DNA of 64,000 nt from Nitrosopumilus sp. (lineage in GTDB: Archaea > Thermoproteota > Nitrososphaeria > Nitrososphaerales > Nitrosopumilaceae), in the NCBI GenBank assembly GCA_965205215.1, contig OZ242041.1, positions 1,088,001 through 1,152,000 of the forward strand. The letters run 5' to 3'. The stretch's first letter is position 1, and the number at the start of each line of letters is the position of its first letter. A program made the translations under genes and the position numbers. Below the pieces are notes generated by a model that saw only the letters and a list, made by a program, of their open reading frames with translations, was not told the origin of the DNA and did no database searches. Below are positions 51,075 to 61,580 of this stretch, piece after piece.

Positions 51075-51731
51075 CTATCCCGGCGGAGCGCCGCCGTCGA
51101 CCCCTGTTATAGTCCTCATCCTGTCCAGATGCCCGTGGAACTCGTCTACGAACGACGAGAATCCGGCTATGGGCACTATGGGCACGTTGCCTACGAACTC
51201 TGTCTCGTGCCGGTACAGCGTCACTATGACCGGGGCCGCCACTGCGCCCGGCGTCTCGGCCACGTACCTGCGCGTGCGCTCGATCTGCTTTGAGACCGCG
51301 TCGGAGACGGCCGACGGGGTTGTGCGCTTCCAGTGCTTGCAGTCTACAAGCATCGCGACCCCCATGCGTATGCCCACCACGTCTATCTCGACCACGGGCT
51401 TTTTGAACCTCAGGTTCTTCATCACCGCAAAGTTTCTCGAGGCCAGTATCTCGCCGGCCAAGCCCTCAAAGTCCCTCCAGTCCATCTCTTCGGCTATCTC
51501 GTCTAGCCGCGCGGCCCCCTCCTCCAGCATCATTATCGCGGCCCGCAGGCGGTCCCCCTGCTCAAAGTGATACGCGCCGCCTACGGAGCGGCCGATCCCT
51601 GACTGCTCGAACCGGTCCAGTATCCTCCGCGCGTCTTGTACACCGACGCCGGTCACGGCGCTGTAATCCTTGGGGGACACGCCCCCCTGTATCATCCCGC
51701 GCAGTCCGCGTGCGGTCATCATGCCGGCCAT
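51075..51731 (-). CDS. PD-(D/E)XK restriction-endonuclease-like protein
   Basis: DWRDFE.L, EIDVVG, VDCKHW. Confidence 0.75.
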   Translation of the reverse strand: MAGMMTARGLRGMIQGGVSPKDYSAVTGVGVQDARRILDRFEQSGIGRSVGGAYHFEQGDRLRAAIMMLEEGAARLDEIAEEMDWRDFEGLAGEILASRNFAVMKNLRFKKPVVEIDVVGIRMGVAMLVDCKHWKRTTPSAVSDAVSKQIERTRRYVAETPGAVAAPVIVTLYRHETEFVGNVPIVPIAGFSSFVDEFHGHLDRMRTITGVDGGAPPG

Positions 51732-51889
51732 GGCCGTCGGGCGCGCCCTTGAGATATAATGGTTGATCGGTGTCTGCGCGGCATGCCCTCGGCGCTACGG
51801 CGGCCGGCCTGCACTGCCGCGTGGCGCGGCAGCGGAAAAAGGGAAGCTGCCGGGGGCGGGATCGTGTTCAATAGTTTTATTACAACAGG

Positions 51890-54694
51890 GTGGAATCGAC
51901 GCGCATGAATGGCGCGGCGCGCGGCAGTGACGGCTTGACTGGCGGCACCCCCCGCTCTGGGCTCTTTATCCCGTGCGCGGCCGCGCTGCTGTTAGCGCTG
52001 GCAGTCCAGGCCTCGCCGTGCGACGGTTTCTGCGAGGCCCGCGCCGACGGCGGCGCCACGTACGTGGACTCTGTGAGGTTCGTGCAGTACCTCGATGAGA
52101 ACACCGCGCTCGAGGAGGTGCGGGGCGGCGGCCTTGACATGTATTACTACCACGTCTCGTCTGACCAGCTCGAGTCGCACCAGTCGCGGCAGGGACTAAA
52201 CGTGCACGAGTCGACGGGCGGCTCTTACAGCATACTTGTAAACCCCGCAGTCTCCGAGTCCGCGTTCAACCCGTTCCAGGACAGGGACGTCCGCTTTGCG
52301 CTAAACTACCTGATAGACCGGCGCCTGGTCGTAAACGAGCTGATGGGCGGTTACGGCGTGCCGACAATATCCCACTACGGGCCCTACGATCCCGAGTACC
52401 TCACGGTCATCGGACGGCTTGCGGCCTTTGAGTTTGGGTACAATCCGGCGCTTGCCGAGCGGATGATATCCGACCGGATGCATGCGATGGGCGCGACCAG
52501 GGACGCGGGCAGCGGCGCGTGGATGGCAGGCTCCGAGCCCGTCTCCGTTTCGTTCTTCATACGGAGCGACGATCCCGTGCGAAAGTCGATAGGGGAGATA
52601 CTCGCGTCCGAGCTTGAGCGTATGGGATTCGCCGTACAGAAGGAGTTCGGCGACCTCAACAAGGCCTTCGTGGTGGTGTACGGCTCGGATCCGGCGGACC
52701 TGAAGTGGAGCCTGTACACGGAGGGGTGGGCAAAGTCCGCGTTCGTAAGGTATGACTCGACGGGACTCAGCCAGATGTACTCGCCGTGGTTCTCAAACAT
52801 GCCCGGGTTCAACGATCCCTCGTACTGGAACTACGAGAACGAGATGCTTGACAACGCGACCCAGCGCATCTACACGGGGGACTTTGAGGAGGAGGAGGAG
52901 CGCGCAGAGCTCATCCGGTCCGCCATCGCCGAGGGAGTCTCCGAGTCCGTCCGGATATTCATCGCGGGCAAGAACGTCCTGTACGTGACGCACGAGTCCG
53001 TCAGCGGGGTGGTAAACGACTTTGGCGCCGGGCTCCCGAGCCGGTTCACCCCGATAAACGCCAGGGTGGACTCGCCCGCGCCCGGGTCGCATGACGGTAG
53101 CGGCAGCAGCAGTGGCGGCGCCGCCGAAGGCGAGCTCCGCATAGGCGTCAAGCAGATCTACCAGGGATCGTGGAACCCCGTGATGGGGTTCAGGGACGCG
53201 TACAGCAGCCAGATCGGGACGCTCCTGTCGGATCCGGCAGTTTTTCTGCACCCGTATACGGGCAGCGTGATCCCGCTCCGCGCGGAGTGGAACGTCACTA
53301 CCGCGGGTCCCACGGGCGCCCTCGGCGTGGCCAGTGACGCCATCCTCTGGGATCCCGTGCAGCAGCAGTGGCGGGAGGTGGGCCCCGGGGTCAACGCGAC
53401 CAGCGTGGTGACGTTCCGTTACGCGCTGGGCAACTGGCACAGCGGCGCCGCGATGGACATGCTTGACATCGTCCACTCGCTGTACTTTGCAAAGGAGTGG
53501 GGGACGCATACGGGCCCCGACGACGCCACGTTTGACACGGAGTTTACGTCAGTCGCGGCCCCCAGCGTGCAGACCATAAAGGGGATCAGGCCGACCGGCC
53601 CTGACACCGTCGAGGTATACGTGGATTACTGGCACTTTGATGAGGGGCAGATCGCGCAGTGGGCGTCGCCGGGGGTCAGCATGCCCTGGGAGATGATTGC
53701 CGCAATGGAGGGCGTGGTGACCGACGGCAAGGCCTCGTTTTCGCGGTCCGGGGCCGCAAGCAAGGGCATCGGATGGCTCTCCGTAATCGTGCCCAACGAC
53801 TCTGCCATGATACGCGACGAGCTGGAGTCGATGAGGGACGCCAGGCATGTGCCTGCCGCGCTCGCGGACGCGGGGCCGCTTGCGGGGCTGGTCGGAGGCC
53901 CTGGCGGCGGTGGCGACGGCGGCGGCCAGCACTACTTCCAGTCGCGGTACGATTCTGCCATATCGTGGATCGACGATATGGGGCACGCCATGGTGGGCAA
54001 CGGGCCGTTCTATCTTGACTCGTATTCGCCGGAGTCCCGCAGCATCAGACTGATATCCTTTGGTGACGAGACGTACCCGTTTGAGCGCGGCAGCTGGTCG
54101 GGGTTTGAGCGCGCGGCGTTCCCGGAGATTGCGGGGGTGGATATCCGCGCAAGGCCCGTCGTGGCCGGGGGCGAGATGCGCGTGGATGTGTCCACCCGGG
54201 GGGCGGACTCCGTTCTGTATTTCGTGACAAGCGGGCGCGGCGAGGTCGTGTCGTCCGGGACGCTGCCTGTCACTGTTGCTGCCGCCGCTACCGACACAGG
54301 CGCCGCCGACGTGACCTCCGTCGTGATTGATTCTGGAGACACGAGACTCCTAAGCGAGGGGGCAAACACGGTGCGCATATTCGCCCTGTCAGAGACTGTC
54401 CTGAGGCCCGACATCTACGAGGCCGGGTTTCTGGCAGTATCGTCAGGCGGCGCGGATTCTGGTGCGGGAGGCGGCGGCGGTGACACCGACGCCGCTGTCT
54501 CCGGTATCGGCTCCCCTGATGTCCCGTCATTAGTGACACCGCTGCCGCCGCCGGATGTGGCCGCCGACGAGTCCTCCGTGCCGTATGCGGTTGCAGCCGG
54601 CCTGGCGCTGGCAGCACTCGTGGCCGCGGCGTACTGGGTGCGCAAAAGAAAGACGCAGGCCTCGGATGTGATGGCCGCCGCCTCCGGAAAATGA
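51890..54694 (+). CDS. ABC transporter substrate-binding protein, family 5 (start may be 51905)
   Basis: FNPF...VRFALNYLIDR, WHSG.....DI, GNGPFYL.SY; signal peptide and C-terminal TM with basic tail. Confidence 0.88.
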   Translation: MESTRMNGAARGSDGLTGGTPRSGLFIPCAAALLLALAVQASPCDGFCEARADGGATYVDSVRFVQYLDENTALEEVRGGGLDMYYYHVSSDQLESHQSRQGLNVHESTGGSYSILVNPAVSESAFNPFQDRDVRFALNYLIDRRLVVNELMGGYGVPTISHYGPYDPEYLTVIGRLAAFEFGYNPALAERMISDRMHAMGATRDAGSGAWMAGSEPVSVSFFIRSDDPVRKSIGEILASELERMGFAVQKEFGDLNKAFVVVYGSDPADLKWSLYTEGWAKSAFVRYDSTGLSQMYSPWFSNMPGFNDPSYWNYENEMLDNATQRIYTGDFEEEEERAELIRSAIAEGVSESVRIFIAGKNVLYVTHESVSGVVNDFGAGLPSRFTPINARVDSPAPGSHDGSGSSSGGAAEGELRIGVKQIYQGSWNPVMGFRDAYSSQIGTLLSDPAVFLHPYTGSVIPLRAEWNVTTAGPTGALGVASDAILWDPVQQQWREVGPGVNATSVVTFRYALGNWHSGAAMDMLDIVHSLYFAKEWGTHTGPDDATFDTEFTSVAAPSVQTIKGIRPTGPDTVEVYVDYWHFDEGQIAQWASPGVSMPWEMIAAMEGVVTDGKASFSRSGAASKGIGWLSVIVPNDSAMIRDELESMRDARHVPAALADAGPLAGLVGGPGGGGDGGGQHYFQSRYDSAISWIDDMGHAMVGNGPFYLDSYSPESRSIRLISFGDETYPFERGSWSGFERAAFPEIAGVDIRARPVVAGGEMRVDVSTRGADSVLYFVTSGRGEVVSSGTLPVTVAAAATDTGAADVTSVVIDSGDTRLLSEGANTVRIFALSETVLRPDIYEAGFLAVSSGGADSGAGGGGGDTDAAVSGIGSPDVPSLVTPLPPPDVAADESSVPYAVAAGLALAALVAAAYWVRKRKTQASDVMAAASGK

Positions 54695-54778
54695 CGCCCG
54701 CGCATGCCCGTGCAGCTGATGTCTGCCGGCTCCGATGCTCGCGTCCCCCCAAGGACGTTCACGCAGCGGCGTTCCCAC

Positions 54779-55336
54779 TCATGCCAGCCCGTACCCTGCC
54801 GCTATCTCCGACGCGTCATCCTGTTTTGTCATTGCTGCATACTCTGCCAGAATGTTGCGGTTCAGGTCGTAAAACGTGTGGCCCCACCTGAACCTGCCAA
54901 GCACGTCGTGGGCCATATCGTCGTATCCCATGATGAACAGCGAGGCCGCTATGGCCTCTGCAGTCGTCAGCATGCCTACCTTTGCATAGTTTACGGGGTT
55001 TCCCGCAAGGAGCGGCGGTAGGCGCCTTGAGGATCCCGCGTCGTACCGCCGCGTCGCGCCGCCGGCTCCTCTTTCTCTTTTGCGCACTCCTTCCGCATCG
55101 TGGGGCGCGCCAAACTCCCCTCCTGCAAGCCTCCATGAGCAGTCCACTCCGACTACCGCCCCTGCTGTTCGTCCGTCAGACGGCATCAGTATGGTGTCGC
55201 TGTAGGGGTTCAGTATTATGGCCCTGCGGCCGTGCGGCACCCCCCTGATCTTGCGCGCAATGCCCGCCTTGAGTAGGCGCGCCGCGGTGCACTTTTTGGG
55301 ATCATCCTGGTATCTCATCAGGACATCTACTCTCAT
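54779..55336 (-). CDS. tsr3: rRNA aminocarboxypropyltransferase Tsr3 (DUF367)
   Basis: QDDPKKCTA, DCSW, R.LPPLLAGNPVNY...L.TAEA, FRWGHTF.DLN. Confidence 0.93.
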   Translation of the reverse strand: MRVDVLMRYQDDPKKCTAARLLKAGIARKIRGVPHGRRAIILNPYSDTILMPSDGRTAGAVVGVDCSWRLAGGEFGAPHDAEGVRKRERGAGGATRRYDAGSSRRLPPLLAGNPVNYAKVGMLTTAEAIAASLFIMGYDDMAHDVLGRFRWGHTFYDLNRNILAEYAAMTKQDDASEIAAGYGLA

Positions 55337-55615
55337 CGCGCGGCGTGGGCCGCCTTCATATTTGATGCTTTTCTGGGTTCTACTGCGAATTCATGAGCTG
55401 CTGACCGGCAGGCGTCCGTATGAGTTTTTGTCTACACGCGTGAGGGTTGCGGCGGCCGTATCATACGTGTGGAGAAGCGCGAGTGTGGTTTTGCAGTCGG
55501 GGTTAATGAACACTGGGGGTGTGACTAGGATATGATGGTAATTGTCCGCGCCACATAATCGCAACTATGGTTGCCCGCCATATTTAAACAAAAATAAAAA
55601 ATGAAGAGAATTGAA

Positions 55616-55942
55616 CTAGTCGTACTGCTGAGAGAGGTTTCGTATTGTATTCTCTATGTCCGCGGGGGTGGCATCGCCCAAGAAACCTGACTTGAGCGAC
55701 GTGCCGTCATGTTTCAAGAACCCGTAGTGGCCGTCTAGAACGTCTTCTCCATCGATCTTATCTATGAAGAATATGCCCGATTCATCACCTTCGTAGGAAA
55801 TGGAGTTGTCATACCGCACCTGTATCCTCTCGCCATTTTCGGTCACTATGGAATCTAGATTGTCCCTGACCTGCACGGTTCCGTACAAGTTGCCCTTGAT
55901 GAATTCGCTCACCTGACTTGCTGTGCGATGTTGGAATCTCAC
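55616..55942 (-). CDS. Hypothetical protein, possibly a 5'-truncated fragment
   Basis: 108-aa ORF overlapping the upstream stop (GTGA); AT-richer; T-rich tract downstream. Confidence 0.45.
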   Translation of the reverse strand: MRFQHRTASQVSEFIKGNLYGTVQVRDNLDSIVTENGERIQVRYDNSISYEGDESGIFFIDKIDGEDVLDGHYGFLKHDGTSLKSGFLGDATPADIENTIRNLSQQYD

Positions 55943-57693
55943 CTGCTTATGATGCCTTCCATTATCAGGTACTGTATGCCTGACACGAATGACCCATCGT
56001 CAATCTGGCCGTCGGCCCACCATCCGGCGTTGGTCTTTATCCATGGCGGTATGGTCGCAGCACTGGCCTCCGCGCTGCTGCTGTCGTCAACGGATGGCAC
56101 CACCAGTATACCGTTCTGCATCAGGTATTCCAGCGCCGTCACGAACGTGGCATCGTCAATCTGGCCGTCGGCCCACCATCCGGCGTTGGCCTTTATCCAT
56201 GGCGGAATCTCTGCCGCCATATCGGCTGTGGGGTCTGGGGTTCCAGCGTTTGGCGCCGTGATGATTGTGCCCAGCTGCTGCTGACTGGGCCCGATCTCTA
56301 CAAGTCCCGAACCTATGCCCGAGTACGTTGGGTCGTAGTCCAGTCCAGTCCCGTACGCTATGACGTCTATCCTGATCAGGCCCTCTGACGGGATTCTGAT
56401 GGTCTGGACGTCTATGCCCTCTGTGGAGAGTATGCCCGTGTTGAGGGGGTCGTCTCCGGAGAACCTTGCGATCTCATTGCCTGACTCGTCGCTTACGATA
56501 TACCCGTACCACACGTCCTTGATCAACTGCCCGTCCTGGTCAAGAAAAGTGAATTCAAACGGTACGTCGTCACCGGCGCCGTACTTGACATCCCACGATA
56601 CTTTCACGGTAGTCTGGGTGGGGCTGCTCATGGTCTCAAGGTCCACCAGATAAAACTCCGTAGATCTGGTGGTGGTCTCTTCGAGCGGAACCAGCTTCAG
56701 GTTCATATTCTTGCTCTCAAACCTGTCGTGTTCCATGTTCGCACTGATCCTTTGCAGCTCACTGTTGGTTATCAAGAAATGCACCACGTTGGTGTCACTG
56801 TATGAGTATGGATCATTTAGCAGCGTGCCCTGTTTTATCTCGACCCCGTTTACGTAGCCGCGAAACTGCTTGCCCTCCGCGTACGGCGCAAAACCCTTGG
56901 GGAACCTGACCTCTTCGTGCACCATCGGCACCAGATCCACGTACTCCGGGGTCCAGTCAAAGGCCATGTCAAACTCGATCGAGTCGTCCGCCGGATCAAA
57001 TGCAAAGTTCCGGACATCGTCATAGTACGTCTTGATTACGACCGGGATCTCCTCGGCGTGGGCGGCCTGCATGACAAAGTCCTGCTCTTGCGCGATGCTC
57101 ACAAACGTGTCGTAGCTCAGCCTCTCTGCAATCTGCACCTTGGGGCTTGTTGCCCCCTCTATGTCGACGCGTACGTGGTACAGGCCGCCTTTTTCTAATA
57201 CGGGCCCTGTTATGGTGGGCCTGGCGCATATGTCATAGTTGTCGCCATTGCACGGTTCGCCGTACACGGACAGCGCGCCGGGCGAGCCTGCACTCTTCGA
57301 TCCGCCATACACGCTGCATCGCCACAACTTCTCCTGGTCGCAGTCTGGGTTGGGGCGTATCTCCACGTCCAGTTGTCCGTCGGGGTCGTAAAACAGGCTT
57401 CTTGCCAGCAGATCCCCTCCGCGCGATATCGACACCCTGTATGTAACTTTTTCAAGCGTGGTGTCCGTCAGCGTGTCAAAGAACCTGATCTTCATGTTGA
57501 TGTCGTCTATGTCCCCTATCGTGATGTCAGACGGCGTGATGTCTGTTCGAACCGTCACATTCATGCCCGCAAAACTGATCGGAGGCGCCTGGTCGCCGCC
57601 CGGTCCGTGTCCGGATGCTGGCTGGGACGCCATTGGAATGACAAGCATGGTTGCGGCTACTGCCGTTATAGCCACAAAACGCAAGCGCAACAA
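55939..57693 (-). CDS. Secreted thaumarchaeal protein with two C-terminal IPPWIK.NAGWWADGQIDD modules
   Basis: Signal peptide; tandem C-terminal module typical of Nitrosopumilaceae exported proteins. Confidence 0.82.
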   Translation of the reverse strand: MLRLRFVAITAVAATMLVIPMASQPASGHGPGGDQAPPISFAGMNVTVRTDITPSDITIGDIDDINMKIRFFDTLTDTTLEKVTYRVSISRGGDLLARSLFYDPDGQLDVEIRPNPDCDQEKLWRCSVYGGSKSAGSPGALSVYGEPCNGDNYDICARPTITGPVLEKGGLYHVRVDIEGATSPKVQIAERLSYDTFVSIAQEQDFVMQAAHAEEIPVVIKTYYDDVRNFAFDPADDSIEFDMAFDWTPEYVDLVPMVHEEVRFPKGFAPYAEGKQFRGYVNGVEIKQGTLLNDPYSYSDTNVVHFLITNSELQRISANMEHDRFESKNMNLKLVPLEETTTRSTEFYLVDLETMSSPTQTTVKVSWDVKYGAGDDVPFEFTFLDQDGQLIKDVWYGYIVSDESGNEIARFSGDDPLNTGILSTEGIDVQTIRIPSEGLIRIDVIAYGTGLDYDPTYSGIGSGLVEIGPSQQQLGTIITAPNAGTPDPTADMAAEIPPWIKANAGWWADGQIDDATFVTALEYLMQNGILVVPSVDDSSSAEASAATIPPWIKTNAGWWADGQIDDGSFVSGIQYLIMEGIISR

Positions 57694-57750
57694 TGTGCAT
57701 TTAGTAGTTCCAAATTGTATTTAAACAAAGGCCGCGCCGCCGCTACTGGC

Positions 57751-57990
57751 TAGAGTGACGATCATTGAAAATTCCACTTCATACGTAGCGGTACAGAAAT
57801 TTGTGGATGTCGAGCATGATTGAACACGTCCTGAAATATTCGGACACCGCGCGTGCCAAGTCCTCCGGTGCCTCATAGTGTTCGGAAGTGACAAGCCTAT
57901 TTTGCATCACTCCAGACGGACTCGACTGCGCCGGGCGGGTACGGGATCTCCATTCTAGGTACTGTTTTCAATTCGTGGTATGTTGCTGTC
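57751..57990 (-). mobile_element. IS630-family transposase 3' remnant with one probable terminal repeat
   Basis: MEIPYPP..AVESVWSDAK / frameshift / RLVTSEHYEAPEDLARAVSEYFRTCSIMLDIHKFLYRYV* (stop 57779-57781) resembles the IS630 YLP..P.L..VE..W C-terminus; flank ends at TA (57751). Confidence 0.6.
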
Positions 57991-58200
57991 ATGGACTGGG
58001 TCACAAATTGGAAGAAGAATTCTTTTCTTTTGGGCTGTGCCGCGCGGCCCCGTGACGCCGGCTGCGCCCTCAACAAAATACAGCACCTGTTCGTAACAAG
58101 CCCGCCCCTGCGAGGTCCGCAGGGCAAGGAATCCTGACTGGGAACTGACAATGCGCCGGGAGGATCATTAGGACTGATGCCGCGCGGCCGCGCCCGGCCG

Positions 58201-59541
58201 CTACACTGCCGCAAACGGGTCGGCTGACTGGTCGCGTGACGTGTACGTGCGGCCCCGCCATGAAAGCGACGGGTTGGGGCGCACGAGGCCCGCGAGGAAC
58301 CCCGCCGCGACTACGAGGCCGCCTACCGGCGCAAGCAGCCCGTACGGCACGCCTATGTCCAGGCCCGTCCTCGACTCCAGGACGGCCCCCGCCCAGACCA
58401 GGGCGGATGCCACCGCGCTGGCGGACGCGGCCAGGACTGCGGGGACGAGGCCCGCCCACGGCCCGCCCGATGCGGCGGCGACGGCGGCGGGAATGACGGT
58501 ACCTGGGAGAGCCAGAAACGGCGCAAACAGCAGGAACGTGACCGCGGCCGCAATGCCGGCCGCGGTGCGCAGCCCGTACTGCGTGCGCAATGGAATCATC
58601 AGCCTCTTTAGCGCATTCCACAGCGTGTGCCCGTCCCGGGCCCAGACGGCCTCGATCAGGTGCTCGCCCCGTAGCATCAGCATGCGGTGCCCCGCCTCCT
58701 TTGTGCGGCGGCCCAGCGCGCCGTCCTCTATCATCTCGCCCCTGACGCCCTCGTGCGCGCCGACTGACAGGTACGTTTCGCGCCTTATGATGAAAAAGCT
58801 CCCAAAAAAGTAGCCGGTCTTGCTGTCCGGACTGTTGACGTTGAGTGCAGAGAACCGCGTGTGGAGAAAGACCGATATCATGGGCAGCGTGGCCCTGGTC
58901 CAGAACTCGGGTGCAAGCATCCGCGGCATCACCGTCAGCGCGTCGAGCCGGCCCCCGAGCAGGCGGCGCACGGCGAGGCCGATCATCCCCTTTGTGTGGC
59001 GCGTGTCGGCGTCCGTGAACAGCAGCAGGCCGCCCTTGGCCCTGCGGTACCCCTCCATGCAGGCCCAGTTCTTTCCCATCCAGCCGTCAGGCTTTGGCTT
59101 GGCAGAGACGGGCACGATCACGCCGGGGTGGCGTCGGGCGCACCGCTTGATTATGTTCATGGTATCGTCACCAGACGAGTCGTCGATTGCGACGATCTCG
59201 TAGTTTGGATAGTCTTGGACGGCGAGCGACTCGAGGCAGCGCTCTATGTAACCCTCCTCGTTGCGGGCCGGGAGTATGACAGACACCATCGGGCTGTCGG
59301 CGGGGCCGGGGGCGGTGGTGGTGGGTTTGGCACTGTCTTTGCCGCCACTATTACCACTACCACTACCACCATCATACTCACCGTCACTCTCATCATAATC
59401 GTCATCAAGGTACGGGACCAGCCTGAACGTGGCCGACATCGAGCGTATCAGGTACACCCAGGCGCCTGCCACGCATGTCATGATGGCCGCAACGGCGCAG
59501 AGCGCCACGTCTGCCGCAAGGGTCTCAGACATTGCGCGCAT
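58201..59541 (-). CDS. Glycosyltransferase family 2 (membrane-bound)
   Basis: VSVILPARNEE, DDSSGD.T, GWMGKNWAC, LFTDAD, EDGALG; TM helices at both ends. Confidence 0.9.
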   Translation of the reverse strand: MRAMSETLAADVALCAVAAIMTCVAGAWVYLIRSMSATFRLVPYLDDDYDESDGEYDGGSGSGNSGGKDSAKPTTTAPGPADSPMVSVILPARNEEGYIERCLESLAVQDYPNYEIVAIDDSSGDDTMNIIKRCARRHPGVIVPVSAKPKPDGWMGKNWACMEGYRRAKGGLLLFTDADTRHTKGMIGLAVRRLLGGRLDALTVMPRMLAPEFWTRATLPMISVFLHTRFSALNVNSPDSKTGYFFGSFFIIRRETYLSVGAHEGVRGEMIEDGALGRRTKEAGHRMLMLRGEHLIEAVWARDGHTLWNALKRLMIPLRTQYGLRTAAGIAAAVTFLLFAPFLALPGTVIPAAVAAASGGPWAGLVPAVLAASASAVASALVWAGAVLESRTGLDIGVPYGLLAPVGGLVVAAGFLAGLVRPNPSLSWRGRTYTSRDQSADPFAAV

Positions 59542-59969
59542 CACACCGACTTTTCCGCGGCCTCCTTGATGGACTGCATGGCCATCTCGGTGCCGTTTCT
59601 GATGTGTCCCTTTAGCATGCCCGTAAACATGCCCATCATGCCGGTCATCTTGACGTCCCATACGGTGCGGAGCAGCACAGAGCCGTCGCCGCCGCGCTGC
59701 TCCATGCTGACTGTCTTTGTGCCCTTTATGATCCCGTCCGTGAAGACCGCCTCGATCTTTTCTTCCGGGTACAGGATCACGTCCTGCATGCACTTTTGGT
59801 CCCGGAACGCAATCGTAATCTCGCGGCGAATTGTGTTTTCCTGCCTTGAGATATTGCGGACGGACTTTGTGCCCTTCCAGTACGTGGGCTCGTTGTCGAC
59901 GTCGGATATGATCTTCCAGACCGTGCCGGGCGGCGCCCGTATCTCGACGTCCACTACGATCTCTGCCAT
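59541..59969 (-). CDS. SRPBCC family protein
   Basis: VEIRAP...VWKIISDVDNEP.YW START-fold pattern. Confidence 0.82.
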   Translation of the reverse strand: MAEIVVDVEIRAPPGTVWKIISDVDNEPTYWKGTKSVRNISRQENTIRREITIAFRDQKCMQDVILYPEEKIEAVFTDGIIKGTKTVSMEQRGGDGSVLLRTVWDVKMTGMMGMFTGMLKGHIRNGTEMAMQSIKEAAEKSV

Positions 59970-60135
59970 GGTGGTACGGTAAACCGCATTAAATATATTA
60001 GATTCCGCCACTGCACATGCAGGCTGTGATGGGCACCACGCCTAAAATCCAGAACAGTAACTCCGGTTCTAACGGCGTGTGCCATTCTTCCGTCACAGCC
60101 ATCACTTAAAATGACCCCTTGCCGCGGCACCCAAC

Positions 60136-60363
60136 GTGGCGCCAAGGGGCAGAAGCGGCAGAAAAAAGATACGCACGTTTGACGGCCCCTCGTTCTGGAA
60201 GAACGCGTACGCGCACCAGAGGGCGGCGCTGCTGCGCATGGTCGGCGTGCCGGAGGACAAGGTTGCAGAGATGTCGAGCTCCGCGTATCTGGACCTCCCG
60301 GTTGACGCCAGATACGACATAGAGACCTCGCCGGACGTGGACGTGCGCGGAATACTGGACTGA
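60136..60363 (+). CDS. Hypothetical protein
   Basis: 75-aa ORF with host-like codons; TTAAAA box at ~60106. Confidence 0.65.
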   Translation: MAPRGRSGRKKIRTFDGPSFWKNAYAHQRAALLRMVGVPEDKVAEMSSSAYLDLPVDARYDIETSPDVDVRGILD

Positions 60364-60485
60364 GTGCCGCGCGCAGATGCGGGCAGTGCGGGTCCTGCTA
60401 CTGCTGTTGCTGCCGCCTCCTCCACCACCGTCCTATGCAGGCGCGCAAGCGAAATTCATTTTAAGGCACCTGCGTGCCGCAACAC

Positions 60486-60815
60486 ATGGAGCTTGCAAGT
60501 TATGGGGATTTTGCAAAGTTGGACATACGGGTGGCAAAAGTGACTGACGCCAAGCCCATAGAGGGAAAGACGCGCATAATGGAGGGGCGCGTCGACCTGG
60601 GCGGCGGCGACGAGCGCAGTGTGATAATCGGAGGCGCCCAGTACCATACCCCGGAGGACATGATCGGGAAGACCGTTATCGTAATAGCCAACTTGGAGCC
60701 AAAGAGGGTGGCAGGCATCGAGTCGGACGCCATGCTTCTTGCCGCAGACGTGGATGACAGGCCGGTCTGGCTGACGCCGTCCGGCGAGGCCCCTGTCGGG
60801 GCGCCGGTCAAGTAA
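60486..60815 (+). CDS. tRNA-binding OB-fold protein (Trbp111/CsaA/MetRS C-terminal-like)
   Basis: DFAKLDIRVAKV, ANLEPK.VAGIES..MLLAA. Confidence 0.9.
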   Translation: MELASYGDFAKLDIRVAKVTDAKPIEGKTRIMEGRVDLGGGDERSVIIGGAQYHTPEDMIGKTVIVIANLEPKRVAGIESDAMLLAADVDDRPVWLTPSGEAPVGAPVK

Positions 60816-60850
60816 CTGCGGCGGTAGGATCCGCACTCGCAACGCGCACC

Positions 60851-61411
60851 CTACTCGTACGCCATCAGATCGTACTCCTCCAGCATGGAGTGGAGGTTGT
60901 TGACCGAGCGGTCGACGTCGGCCTCTTTTTTTGCGCCCGTGCAGACCAGCTTGCCGGAGGAGAACAGCAGTATGACGGTCTTCGGGTCTAGCGTGCGGTG
61001 GATCAGCCCCGGGAATTGCTCTGGCTCGTACATGCTGCGGGGCAGCGAGCGCGCGGCCTGCTCCAGGTGGATCCGCCCGCCCAGGTTTATCGAGGCTACT
61101 ATGTTCTGAATCTCCACCGTGGCCTCGTTTTTGACGCTTATGCCCCCCTTGCGCAGCCTCTGCACCACGGTCTTGACGGCCTTTCTTGCCAGCTTCTCGG
61201 ACTTGGAGCCGGTGCATACCATCTTGCCGGAGGTGAATATCAGGGTGGCAGTCTTCGGGGTCCGGAGCCGGAACACCAGCCCGGGAAACTGGTCGGGATG
61301 GTACTCGACGTCCGGAAAGGTGCGCGTAATCTCGTTGAGGTCCATCGGCTGGTCTACTGAGGCGGATGCGACCACGTTCTCCACGCGGATTACGGGCTTG
61401 GTCTGCGGCAT
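60851..61411 (-). CDS. tbp: TATA-box binding protein
   Basis: ENVVAS, Y.PDQFPGLVFR, LIF.SGKMVCTG; QNIVAS, YEPEQFPGLI.R, LLFSSGKLVCTG. Confidence 0.97.
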   Translation of the reverse strand: MPQTKPVIRVENVVASASVDQPMDLNEITRTFPDVEYHPDQFPGLVFRLRTPKTATLIFTSGKMVCTGSKSEKLARKAVKTVVQRLRKGGISVKNEATVEIQNIVASINLGGRIHLEQAARSLPRSMYEPEQFPGLIHRTLDPKTVILLFSSGKLVCTGAKKEADVDRSVNNLHSMLEEYDLMAYE

Positions 61412-61580
61412 GCCATGTGTGCACAAACCGCATAATAAAAGGACTCGCCGACCCCGGATGCAGTAATCCCGGTGGCGGAAGGAGGGGGGGGGGCAGAAGA
61501 GGTGGACGGCCGCCATGTCATGGCGGCGCAGGTCCGCCCTTTCGAATCATTTATGTTGAAAACGGTCCCTGCGCACTCCA

